Positions 50,857-62,860 of a DNA stretch of 64,000 bases are shown in pieces. The stretch spans positions 2,914,001 through 2,978,000 of the forward strand of contig VJWM01000025.1 of the NCBI GenBank assembly GCA_010909165.1. Reading direction: 5' to 3'. This DNA comes from Anthoceros angustus. Taxonomy: Eukaryota; Plantae; Anthocerotophyta. The translations under genes and the position numbers were made by a program. Below the pieces are notes generated by a model that saw only the letters and a program-made list of their open reading frames with translations, searched no databases and had not been told where the DNA came from. Position 1 is the stretch's first letter. The number at the start of each line of letters is the position of its first letter.

Positions 50857-53098
50857 ATGCAGCTCGGCATGGCGCACGCAGCTAGCGCTGCATCAGCCCG
50901 GACGCTAGCAGAAGGGCCGGCGCTGGTGCACAACTCCAGCTACCCCGCCATTCCCGTCCTCCACATGACCACGGCGGCGTGGGCAGGCGTCGGGCTCATT
51001 CTCTCCTTCTCGATTGTTGTGGCCGTGGCCGGGGCCATCAAGCTAGCATTCGCCTTGCGGAGCCTGGCCAATGAGAGGAAAGCCAAGGAGGAGGGGGATG
51101 CATCCCTGAAGCAAAAGGTAGGGCGGATCCGAGGATTCGAGTCTCCGGCCGGCGCGGTGATCCGGGCCGCGCCTCCTCCCCGCGAGGGAGTGGCTACGGT
51201 GGAGAAGGCGGCGCCAGAGCGGACGCCATGGAGCTTCGGAGCGCGGGACATGGTGGCCGAGAATCGGTACAGCGCGGTGTACCGCGTGGTGATGCCGCTC
51301 ACGGGGCAGGCGGTGGCCGTGAAGCGGGTGAGCCGAGGCCTGTGCCAGCGAGCTCGGAAGGACGCCGGCCGGGTGCTGCGGGAGGCCGGCGTGGCGCACC
51401 CTAACGTGATGTGGCCGACGGGGTTTGTGCTGGACAAGGGCCGCAGCCTGCTGTTGCTCTACCCGGAGGAGCATATCGGGAACGGGAGCTTGCGGGATCT
51501 GCTGCGGCAAGGCTGCCGGTGCGGGGAACCGGGGCCTGGAGGTGGCGGATGTGGTGAGAGGAAGACGCACGGTACGGGTGGAGATGTGGATGGGAGTTTG
51601 TGGAGGAAGGGAGTTGGCAATGGTAAGTTGGATGCAGCGCTCCCGCCTTTGCCGCTGCCTGCTGAGAGGAGGTTCAATTTTTCCAAGTTGCATTGCGAGC
51701 CGGGACTGCCGGCTTTGGATGATCTGGTGAAGGTGGACATTTCGAGGGAAAGGTATGTTCGCGGCGGTGCTGCTGCCGGTGCAGGCTGGGACGTGGAGTC
51801 TGTGGCGTCTGACATGTCGGAGCTTAGCCTGTATCCGCAGTCCACCAGCTATGCTAGCTCGGCGATGTTTTCATGCCAGGATTGGAGCGAATCTGCGGCA
51901 GGGAGCACGGCCGTGAGAGACGCCAGGGAGTACTTGAAGCGCATGGCGGAGACGTTTCGTGCGAAGGAGGGGAAATACTACGAGTCTGAGACGGAAGGGA
52001 GCATCATCTCGTTCCGTGTTGGATCCAAGTTCACCGCCAATTCCACAGAGTCTACACAGTCGTGGCGTGATGCACAATCTGAGGTTGAGTCAGTGAGGCA
52101 CGAGCCGGATCAGATTGGTGCAGGAAGTTTCCCGCATGGTGGAAGTTCGGTGGAAACGACGAAGGTTGCCAGCAGCGGCGAGTTTTCTGCTTGGTATGGC
52201 CATTCCTCCTTCCGCCGTTCCCCGTCTAAGGATCTCCCCAAGCATGCTGCGGATCTGGATCCTTACTCTACTCCGCCGCCTGTACGTTTCGAAGGAGGGA
52301 GTCCGATCGTCATGAACTACAAGAAGGAGAAGCATGAGAGTCCCATAAAGATATCGATGAACTACAAGGAGAAGGAGCATGAGGACCACGATTTGTTGAA
52401 TTGGAGGGCCAGGTTCCAGATTGCGTTGGGGCTAGCTCGGGGGCTTGCGTTTCTGCATCACAAATGCTCGCCTCCAATCATCCACCTTGACATCTCCTCC
52501 AACATCGTGTTTGTCGACAACAACATGCAGGCCAAGTTATGCGACGCGGAACTCAGCAACCTGCTGGATCCAGCTAGCTGCAGCTTGGAAGATGGAAACG
52601 TGTTAAAGGACTGTGCCTCTGAGGGCTACGTAGCGCCAGGTACATGTACATGCAGCTCGCATCAATCATTTTGTCTCGTTAGCGTTGCTGCTGTTTCCAG
52701 ATGTATTGCGGCAAAGTTTAACAATCTGGTCCGCTGTGTGATGCGCAGAATGTGGAATCGATAAGAAGAGCGTCACTCGTAGCTGCAACGTCTACAGCTT
52801 TGGGGTTGTACTATTGGAGTTGCTTACAGGAAGGGAGGCTAGCGGCTACATCGACCAGCGCCACAAACACCTTGTGTCCTGGGTGAAGGAAAATGCAAGC
52901 TCACAGTTGCAGTACCATGATGCCATCGTTATTTTTGATGGAAGGATCACGGACGACATGGGCTGCCTTCGGCATATGCTCTCCGTTTTGCGGATTGCTA
53001 TGCAGTGCATCAGCTCTGTGTCGTGTAGGCCAGATATGCAGAAGATTGTACAGCTTTTAGAGAAATCGGACTCCAGGGGAAGATTTCGGCGCAACTGA
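50857..53098 (+). CDS. Membrane-anchored PXC3-like kinase without LRRs, with a ~290-aa insert in the kinase domain
   Basis: TM (WAGVGLILSFSIVVAVAGAIKLAFAL), VAVKR, HPNV, GNGSLRDLL, [insert], LLNWRARFQIALGLARGLAFLHH, IIHLDISSNIV, DAELSNLLDP, GYVAP|ECG...NVYSFGVVLLELLTG; start uncertain. Confidence 0.8.
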
Positions 53099-53597
53099 CT
53101 TCCTCATCCTCGCCAGAACGGCAGCCTCACCGAGGTGATCATCCTTCGGCTCCCTTTCAGTTGATCCGCGCATCACACGTCCTTTGGGAAGCCAAAAGTG
53201 GGGCAGCGAATTGTACAGTCGGCCGCCTACACCTCATCAGAGCTCCACATATCGGTATGCCAGCTGCAGACTTCTTATAAGAGAGTTTTGGAATATTCTA
53301 CGGTATCTGCAGACAGAGATACGACGGTTCTCCAGTATTAATGAAAGGCCAGCTTTTAATCGAACTGTTTATGTTTCTTAATCGCACTTCAACTGTTCCC
53401 GTCGTTTCATGTGTGCTAGGGAAATGGTGATGCTCAATACCAGCATCACTATAATGTACCGCCCTATGGTATCCTTAGGGCAGAGTTAGGGCCGGTAAGC
53501 AAATGATAAAAAAAGTGCCTGCCAGTCGGTGACCGGCAAGACTTGAACATCCTTTCCTTCAAGCTCGAAGCCAAATTTCAATAAGAAACCATGACAA

Positions 53598-55421
53598 TCA
53601 GTTTCTGTGGTGCATTCGTCCGCTTTCAGAGCCTGCAAATGGGTCGATCGTCACATTGATAACCGCAGGTTGCCTGGCGGCGAAGGACTCTTTCAGAGCT
53701 GACTCTAGCTCCTCTGGCGTTCCGGCAAGATAGCCTTTGCCTCCGAAGGCTCCCATCATGACGTCATAGCGCGCACCTGGGACAAACGATGTTGGTGCAG
53801 GGTCGTCTTTGTGGGGTCCTGAGATATCTTCTGGTCGTCTGCGGTCGCCACCGTAAACGCCACCGTTGTTGAAGACAATGACAATCACAGGCAACTTGTA
53901 GCGCACTAGAGTCTGGAGGCAGAAAACGAGGGATCAAAAATGTGAGAGATGTAGTTGCTGCTGTCTTCAGACTCACTATACTCAAATGAATGACCCGATC
54001 GATGTTTACCTCAACCTCCATCGCACTGAACCCAAAGCCAGAGTCTCCTTCGACAGCCACAACCAGGCGTCCAGGTGACACCACAGCTGCAGCAATGGCG
54101 TAACCTAAACCGACACCCATGGTTCCCCAAGTGCCGGCATCGAGCCTTGTCCGGGGCTCGTTTTGTTCGAGAACTGACCTCCCCACATCCATAGTGTTGG
54201 CCCCCTCAGAAACCAGGATCGGAGCTGGTGATCCTTCGGCCAATATGGCATCTCGGATGATCCTCATGGGAGTCAGGAAGTTGAATGGAACAACGACTTT
54301 GGCCAGTGATGCTGCCATTCTGCTCTTGTTCACCTCAGTTTTCGACCGAATCTGTTGCACCCAAGGATGTTGACTTCCCACCACGAATGGGTCATCTTTG
54401 ACAACCTTGTTCAGTTGCTGGATAACAACTCTAGCATCGCCAACTAGTCCAACAGCGGGCTTCCTCAATTTTATCTCTGCTTCATCAATGTCGACCAGGA
54501 TGAACTTGACATCCTTTGACCACTGCGGAGGTTCACCAAAATGTAGCAACCAGTTCAGACGTGCACCGACAACTAGGACCACATCACTCTGTCCTACCAC
54601 CAATGATCTGGCTGCTGCAGCAGACAGGGCATGAGAATCAGGAAGCAACCCCTTCCCCATTGGAGTAGCCAAGAAGGGAATTCCCGTGACTTCAACAAAT
54701 TGTTTGATAGGCCCCTCAGCCCTTGCCAAGGCAGCTCCTTTTCCGAACACAATCAAAGGCCTCTCTGCATTCCTTAGCAGCTCAGCTGCTTTCTCCAAGT
54801 CGGTGAATGAAACTTGCTTGGTCTCCTCTCTGGCCCATACTGGAACAAGTTTCTGAACAGAGCTTAGAAGCTTTTCTGCATCTTCCTCCGACAGCGTCTC
54901 ATGTAGCACATCCGATGGTAAATCAACGTATGTCCCACCCGGCCTGCCATCCACTGCAGCGGCCAGTGCATCAGAGACAACCTTTGGAATCTCCAATATG
55001 CTCCTTGCCTTCCCAGAGTACTTGGAAAACGGTTTCACGATTTCCACCTGGTCTAACTCCTGAAAATCCCCTTTCCCGACGTCTGCTTGTGTACTGGAAC
55101 CAGACACCAAGACCAGGGGCCAAGTATTGATGGCGGCATTACTAAGACCAGCTAAGCCATGAACACAACCTGGCCCAGAAACAGTAAGCAGAACTCCAGG
55201 CTTGCCTGTCAAGTAACCAGCCGCACCGGCAGCATAACCTGCAGACTGCTCATTGTGGAACGCTATGAAGCGAACGCCTTCCTTCACGGCACTTGATGCA
55301 AATGAGGTCACAGGAATCCCGACCACTCCAAACATATGTTCCACTCCGGCCTTTGCAAAAGCCCGGGCTGCCACAGCATTGCCATCAACTACTCTATGCT
55401 CGATCTCTGCCCCATTTTTTT
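53598..55421 (-). CDS. HACL: Oxalyl-CoA decarboxylase / 2-hydroxyacyl-CoA lyase (ThDP-dependent); apparently the 3' half of an AAE3 fusion
   Basis: VDGNAVAA...HMFGVVGIPV, FHNEQSAGYAA, RTRLDAGTWGTMGVG, ThDP motif VEGDSGFGFS...NNGG, C-terminus DPFAGSESGRMHHRN*; one intron at 54009-53913. Confidence 0.95.
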
Positions 55422-55700
55422 CTGCAACCGCTCAACACAAGAGATGACACCCCTTCAGGTAGCTGAATGTTGCAACCACACCACTTTCTACGATCCCTGC
55501 AGAATTCAGACAACTGCCAAGACAAAATACTTCCCTACATGACCCTGAAGTGTCTGGCGACATAAATGTGTCTACCACATGTGCCTACCAATGCTCCAAA
55601 AGCCCAGCCAGATACCGGGCTGCAGTGTTTATTCCAGATTGATGGCATGTTTACAATCGCTGAGGTACACCCCTAACAAAGTCTACGAAAAGCCACTCGG

Positions 55701-57563
55701 CTAACCTGTTTTTTCTTCTTTTTGAGAATCGGCAGGCTTAGGCAGGAAGTGTTCAGCAACAATGCGCCGCTGAATCTTGCCCGTTGCCGTCTTAGGAAGC
55801 TCTTCACCGAAGAACAAACGCTTGGGGATCTTAAATGGGGCAAGGTTGTTCTTCAGATAATCCAGAATATCCTTCTCAGTGGCGTTTGATCCTTTAATCA
55901 ACACCACTGCAGCATTCACCTGTTGCACAGCGTGTTGTGAGTTCAGCGGAAGCTTAAGGTGACTGCAAGCCCCAGAGCTAAAAAGTTATGAGCAATCCTT
56001 AAGATGGTAAGAAGCTGTACCTCTTCACCATACTTTTCATCTGGAGCAGCAAAAGTCACCGCCTCTGAAATTTCTGGATGCCTCAGCAGCACATCATCAA
56101 TCTCGAGAGGGGATATCTTCTCGCCTGCACAAATATCATGGCAGCTGTGAGTTGTGTTCAATAACAACTGTACCACCACAACCCAAAAGATCTGGTAACA
56201 CTAGCTTACCACCGCGGTTGATGAGCTCTTTAATACGGCCAGTCAAGGTGAGGTAGCCGTCCTTGTCCAGAAACCCACGATCACCAGTATGAAACCAGCC
56301 AAACTTGAACGCAGACTTGTTGGCTTCCGGATTGTTCTTATACCCTTTTGTCACATTTGCACCCCGAATGCAGACCTCACCCTGCTCTTCGGGCTTCAGA
56401 ACGTTCCCCTCATCATCCAGAATGGCGAGTTCAACACCTGTTGCCTTGCCAACCGTCCCCGCCTTGTGCGGTCCATGTGCCGGCAGTGGATTGGCAGTCA
56501 TCTGATGACTGGCTTCTGTCATAGCATAAGCTTCAAGCACCGGAGCCTGGAAGGCTCCCTCCAGCTTCTCCAGCACCGCCGGTGCAAGACTGGAGCTGCA
56601 GCTTCGGATGAACCTAAGCTTGGGATACTCCTCCAGCGGTTTGCTCCTATGCAACGAGAGCAGTATCTGATGGATGGTGGGAACCGCAGTGTACCAAGTA
56701 GCATGGTAACCCTTTACGTCAGCCCAGAAGGTGGACGCCGAAAACCGACCAGCCGCTGGCAGGATTGCAGCCCCCCCGGCTGCCAGAGTTGAGAGCAATG
56801 CCGCCATCAGCCCGTGCACATGAAACAGAGGCATGACGATCAGAGTCCGGTCAGACTCCGATAGCTCATACGCTGCCTTGATGTTCAGCAATGACGTGGC
56901 CAAATTCTTCTGCGTCAGAGGAACCCCCTTGGGCCTGCTCGTGGTCCCTGAAGTATGGAGAAACAGCGCACCATCCTCCTCCTCAGGCTCCGGCCCTGCC
57001 AGACCTTCACCCTCGGCTCCCACCTCCAACCTTGCCCGGGGCGTGAGGACCACATCCCCGCTCCCACTCTCAGCCTTCTCCCAGTGCACCCCGGCCACCG
57101 GCAAGCCGAGTCTCGCAGCCGCAGCCTCTGCAGGTGCGTTCCCCTCCTTCGCAGGGACCAGCAGCAGCGACGACTCCGCATCCTCCAGATAGAACACGAA
57201 TTCATCCTCCGTGTAGGCAGAATTCAGAGGAGCTGCGATGGCACGCACCCGGATGGTTGCCAAAAACACAACCACGAACTGCCCACAAAGCACAAATCCG
57301 TCATCAGGCTTGGATTAAACCAATTATCCCACACTGGAGAAAGTCTGCGAGCAACCCACCTCGAGGGAGTTGGGGAAGGCAAGCGACACCAAAGCTCCAG
57401 GCTTGACACCGGCGCGCCTCAGCTGCGCCGCCGCCTTGCTGACCGCGGCACCCAATTCGGCGTGCGAGAGCTGGGGGCCTCCAGACGCTATCAGAGCCGC
57501 ATTGCCTCCGTGCTCTGCAGCGGCCTTCTCCAGCAGGGCAGTCACTGTGACAGCTGGTGCCAT
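55701..57563 (-). CDS. AAE3: Oxalate-CoA ligase (AAE3/PCS60 family acyl-activating enzyme)
   Basis: AAPLNSAYTEDEFVFYLED, LFLHTSGTTSRPKGVPLTQ, VMPLFHVHGL, TWYTAVPTIHQILL, RFIRSCSSSLAP, YAMTEASHQM, WFHTGDRG, RIKELINRGG|EKISPLE, LPKTATGKIQRRIVAEHF; ATG at 57563. Confidence 0.95.
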
Positions 57564-58148
57564 TGCGGAAGCGTCCAAGCTCTGTAGACGAAAAGGCCAA
57601 CAAGTAAGCTATATCAACCGCTTGAGAGACTTTGGAGCCTTCCTGGATTGCTTCCGTAAGGCGAGCATCCAGTGCACCTGGCCTAGCCGCCTGTGCATGG
57701 AGGATAGCAATATTCTGGAAAGCACACGTCATAATACCACTTCCTTCGCTGGTCCAACGAGGAAATTGCAACTCACGCTCCAGGAACAGATTGCGGAAAT
57801 TTCATGTCATTCCCCAGGAACAGCTTGCCACGACGATAGGTACCCAAATCCTGGCACAACCTATCGGGTAACATACAGGATCGATAGTACAAGCAATTAC
57901 GGGAAAACCTAGCAAACAAATCGCTTCTGTTGTATTAAGGTAAGGACCTCGAAGGCACCTCAGAAAAATGCACACCGCCAGGCACGACGCCACAACAAGA
58001 GCTAGTATGCATGAGTCAGGCTGAAAATTTTCTCGGCAGCACCTTAATGGAGTGGAAAATCTCGGTTTCCATGTACTGGAGCTGGTCCAAGGACGACGCT
58101 TTGAGTCCAGGGAGGCTTTGGAATCACAAAAGCGAGGGGTTTCAAGGA

Positions 58149-58805
58149 TTAGAACCGGAGCTTAGAAAAAAACCACCGATTCTTGCCGGTCTTGAATCTC
58201 TCCTCTAGTAGAGCCTTCGCCTCCTGCAAAGGAGGGGACTTGGTAAGAAAAGTAAAGCACAAAAAACTGGTGCAGGACTGGATGTCTTGGGTGGTGTATA
58301 CCTTGCGAGCCTCGACTCGCTTCGCCTTGGATTCCAGTTTCTCCGGCACCACCACGGCCTTCAGGTCGACATCGAGAGTATACCTGTGCATGCGTGGCAC
58401 AGACAGGTCGGATCGTCATGCCACACCTTCAGCGGAGAGAAAAACCTAACGAAAGGGAATTGCATCGCACCTTGTCGGCATGAGGTGGTTGTAGTTGACA
58501 AGCTTGATGAAGGATTTCAGTCTGGAGCGTTTGGCTATCTTCTTGGCCGACGCCTTCTTAATCACCTGCCATGCGAGTGAAGTTCGCGAGCTCAGGCCAG
58601 CTGGCCAGGTGACCGGGAAGGAATGCAGCAGCAGGACCATAAGCCTCACCTTTCTAGGGTACTTGGCGATGCCAACCACCAGGGCATGCCCATACCTACG
58701 TTGCTGCGTTCCTTCATCGAAGTTTTTCACGATCACAGCCTTCCGGCCTGCATACCTCCCTTGCAGCAGCACCACCACCTTGTTCGGCTTCAGAAACTTC
58801 ACCAT
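58149..58805 (-). CDS. RPL27: 60S ribosomal protein L27 (eL27)
   Basis: [32 protein letters not shown]...YPRK / VIKK...[13 protein letters not shown] / RYTLDVDLK / [24 protein letters not shown]; four exons. Confidence 0.96.
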
Positions 58806-59753
58806 TGTGGCAAGCTGCAGAGATTCAAAGCATTTAGAGAAGGCTACTATCTGCCACCAACTGAAACACACAATCCCCTTAGGTGCAGTTCACCACACCA
58901 GTCTCTAGACGCCGCCCCCAACGGAACGGGTTCACCGGACAGTCACAACCGCCTTCACAACGCTAACGACAGCACGCCTCCCGCCCCACATCGAGGGCAA
59001 GCTTCTCACTTACGAACCCTTGCAATATCGGCCTTCTGTTTGGACACCATCTTGTCGAATAATTATTTTAAAACAAATAATTTTCTCAAGATTTAATAAT
59101 TTTTAATCATGAAAATATGCCCGACGGTAATTAGACGTGGGTCCATTGAAACTCCACGGTCAATCAGCCTTGAGTCGGATCACGGCATAGATGGGTACTA
59201 TCCATCCCTATTGTAAAAAGCCCTAATGTTGTAAAAAGCCCTATATCGCCTATTGTAAAACTCTACGGGGGCAACTTTGAATTCAAATCCTTGATCAAGT
59301 TCACAATAAACAAGGCCCAACGGTATTGCATGAACTACAAGGTTCTGTTAGGCAGACCTTGGTTGTATTGATCGAGTGTGTTTTTTATTTTGGTCGCAGC
59401 GGTCTTACGTTTAAGTCTCGTAAGGTAGGTCCTGCGGAGACCTCTTTTGTGTCCTAGAGCAAGGCTCCCTATGAGGGTGAGACTAAACCCCTTTCTGATG
59501 GCTATACCTCAAGAGCCACACATGTTAGCTCATCTGGTGGTAGCGATAGGGCCCACCGTGGACCATTTGTTGAACTTATGGAAATAAAGGTTGATTTGGA
59601 GTACTCTTGTTTTCAAGTAGAAGCTGAGGCGGAGGACTCCGAGGATGTGGCTTATAGAAGAGGAGTAGCCTTCTGGAAAGGTAAAGCCTATGATAGAGAG
59701 CTCCACTGGAATACCTGTCATGTCAGTAACCTGAAAAACAAATACATCTAATA

Positions 59754-60900
59754 ATGTACTTTGCGGACAACTTCGGGATACATCACATAGATCTAAAGGA
59801 AGGCAACACACCAGCAAAAATTAATCAATACAGCCTGAATCCTAAGTACTCCGTGGTGGTGAAGGACCAGCTAGATCAATACCTGGAGGCAGGTATGATC
59901 TACCCTATGCTAGCAAGTGAGTGGGTTGCCCTAGTTGTTATTGTGCCGAAGAAGCAACAAGGAAAGGTACGTGTGTGTTAGGATTTTAGGAAGCTCAACG
60001 AGGCCACAAAGCAGGACCATCATCCTTTGCCTTTCATGGACAGTGTCTCAGACACAGTACTAGGACTTGAGATGTACAGCTTTCTTGATGAGTACTCAGG
60101 GTACAACAAAATTATGGTGAGGAGGGAGGATCAAGACAATACCACGTTTACAACGAAGTGGGGGACGTACGCTTATTCTAAGCTACCCTTTGGCTTGTGC
60201 AATGCACTTGCTACTTTCTAGCGAGTTGTGAATGTGATTTTTCGCAAGTTCCTAAGGAAGTTTACGGAGGTGTTCTTAGATGATTCCTAAGTGTTCGAAA
60301 AACGGATGCTGCACTTGGAGCATCTGAGGCAATGTTTCCAAAAGTGTTGGGAGTCTAACATAAAGCTATACCTAGGAAAGTGTTATTTTGGTATAACAGA
60401 AGGAATTTTACTTGCACATAGGGTTTCTGTTAGGGGCTTGCAGTTAGCCAAGGAAAAGGTTGCAGCCATAGCATAGATGGATGTACCTTTGAATGTGAAG
60501 TAGCTACGAGCTTTCATTGGTTTTGTGGGATACTAGAGGAGATTCATTAAGAATTTTGCCAAAAAAGCTACAGTGTTGACATAGGTAACGGAGAAGGATG
60601 TACATTTTGAGTGGCCGAAAGAGAGGCAGGATGCTTTTCAGCAACTGAAGGATAGCTTAGTGAATGCTCCTACCTTGCAGCCTCTGAATTGGAAGAAGTT
60701 GTTTCACGTATATGTGGATGTGTTAGCCTGTGCTATTGGGATCATTTTGAGTCAAAAGGACAAGTAAAAACGAGATCACCCAATTTCCTATGCTGGTAGA
60801 CAGGTCACAAATGCAGAGAGGAATAACTCGACCATTAAAAGGGAAGGGCTTGGCATCATATACTTTTGTAAGAAGTTTAGATAGTATCTGCTAGCAACTA
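59754..60900 (+). mobile_element. Ty3/Gypsy RT-RNase H relic
   Basis: SEWVALVVIVPKK...RVC*DFRKLN, HPLPFMD, YSFLDEYSGY, TTFTTKWGTYAYSKLPFGLCNALATF*R, VFLDD, FHVYVD...IGIILSQ, HPISYAGR, ERNNSTIKREGLGII; several stops. Confidence 0.9.
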
Positions 60901-61883
60901 TTTCCCTTTGTATGTGCATACCTGAGCTTGTCTCCATTACCATTAGCATGAGGATTGCAAAGGATCTCGCATGGTATAAAGTACTCTAGATGATACGCAA
61001 TCACTCAAATCTCCACTACCATAGGCATTGCCGTTTGAAAACCTCTACTTTCCACTACAACTTCTTCATTTATCAAGATTCTCCCACGATAGCATGGGAG
61101 AGTCATGGAGAATAAAACCTGTACAATTAGAACAATAAAATCAGTTTGCATTACAGCAAAACCCCTCTTTGGGGGTCTTGCTCTTCTTGTTTGCTATGGT
61201 TTAGCATTTACCATCCTGGATGGAGTGCTATAATTGGCATGCAATCCCTCCTCTCAAGGCTCGCATAAATGTGCAACATGATTCGAGGAGCCATGGCCTA
61301 CCACCTTGAAAATATTCAGAAATGTCAAACATTTCAACATTAAACTAGTCTTTTTAAAGCTTCGACATGATAGGTTGGACCATCACCTATGATGACAATT
61401 CCTTCTCACTCCCCAATTGCGCACAATACTCAGAATGCCAACTTTTTTCAACACTTTTGCCATGCCAATGCGTGCTGTCATGTGTCTCAAGCTTCCCGCT
61501 ATCCATCCAATCAAGGCGGATTCCACCACCATATTGTGTGCAAGTTTGCGGCACTGCGATAAACTCTTGGAATAGCAATGGCAAAAATAGCTCAAGAACA
61601 ACATCCACCGGACGCCACCTAGTGAGAGCTGCTATAGGCCAAGGCGCTTCTGTTGCATTGCTTCCAAATGCCAACTCTAATTTTCGACAACCACCCACAA
61701 AAGCCAACAATGCGCTTGCCATCGTTGTCAATGGCAACTACAATGCGCTTGCCAACATTGCCAACGGCAACGACAATGCCATCACCAATCTAGTAAGTAT
61801 GTTGCAGTAACTGTTTTTTGCTTGGCGTTTGCTTGTTGTCTCTTTCTCCCTATAGTAGGTAGTTGGAGCTTTCTTCCTATAAC

Positions 61884-62043
61884 AGGTAGTTGGAGATTGT
61901 TGTCACTTTCTCCCTATAGCAGGAGGTTGGAGATTGTTGTCATTTTCTCCCTATTGCAGGTAGTTGGAGATTGTTGTCATTTTCTCCCTATAGCAGGTAG
62001 TTAGAGATTGTTGTCACTTTCTCCCTATAATAGGTAGTTGGAG
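61884..62043. repeat. 37-bp minisatellite (~4.3 units; second array near 63330-63490)
   Basis: aggtagttggagattgttgtca[c/t]tttctccctatagc starts at 61884, 61921, 61958, 61995 and 62032. Confidence 0.92.
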
Positions 62044-62719
62044 AGCTTTATAGCTAATGGCCTTGCTCAGTGCGTCTCGCACTGAAATTTGAGGCTTCAT
62101 AAGTGGTAGCTAAACCCCTATGAATGAAGGGTTCGAAAAAGCATGCAGAAGATGCTTATTGGTGTTAAATACTAAAATGAGATTCAAGAAAATGTATTGT
62201 ATTATTTACCGATAGGTAGTATTATTGGACCTCAAGATAGGTTTGTTTGGTTTTGACGTCACGATTGAGCGATCGAAGGGCTTTCAGGTTGGAACGGAAT
62301 CGTTTAGGAAGCACGCGAATCTCAAAGTGGACCATAAGCAAAAACTTTGGGTTTCGTGTACAACAACCTTCGACTCCAGCATAAGTATTGCCATTGTTGG
62401 TTTTTTTGCTGCTCTAGTAATGGTTGTTGCTACTCAGGTATCGGACTTGTGTCTTCACCACCGAGTGAGCCGTTGGTGCATTCACAGGTGTTGCTTGCCG
62501 CTTGGCAATATTGTGGGGAGAGGTCCACTACAAGTTACTTATTAGGTATGTGTCCAAATGGCTTAGGCCAAATGGATACACATATATAAGAACGCCGTGA
62601 TTAAGCATCCTGAGCTTGGATCGGTACTTATGGGGTGCCTAAAGGGAGTGGATGCCCTTGTAGTGGCCTTCACACTTCATGTAGGTAGTACGCGGAGAAG
62701 AGTTTCCACACTTCCCAAC

Positions 62720-62860
62720 AAATCCTAGATAACAGGTAAAATAACAAACACTTACCAGTAGAATAACAAACACTTACCAAATCCTAGACAACGTAAAATA
62801 ACAAACACTTACCAATAGGTAGAATAACAAACACTTACCAATGATCCTAGACAACAACTT
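62720..62860. repeat. Nested tandem repeat (aataacaaacacttacc x4 within ~59-63-bp superunits)
   Basis: aaatcctag begins at 62720 and 62779; atcctag occurs again at 62844. Confidence 0.85.

Noticed and set aside
10014-57563. Larger CO2-recycling cluster linking beta-CA with the oxalate genes
   Set aside because: They are over 40 kb and many unrelated genes apart; the sequence shows no evidence of co-regulation.
53598-57563. Bacterial operon or contamination explaining the adjacent oxalate genes
   Set aside because: Both parts contain spliceosomal introns, have plant-type sequences, and are flanked by plant nuclear genes (RLK, RPL27).
61884-62043. 37-bp repeats resembling a CRISPR array
   Set aside because: Units are contiguous with no unique spacers, no cas genes are present, and the context is eukaryotic; this is a minisatellite.
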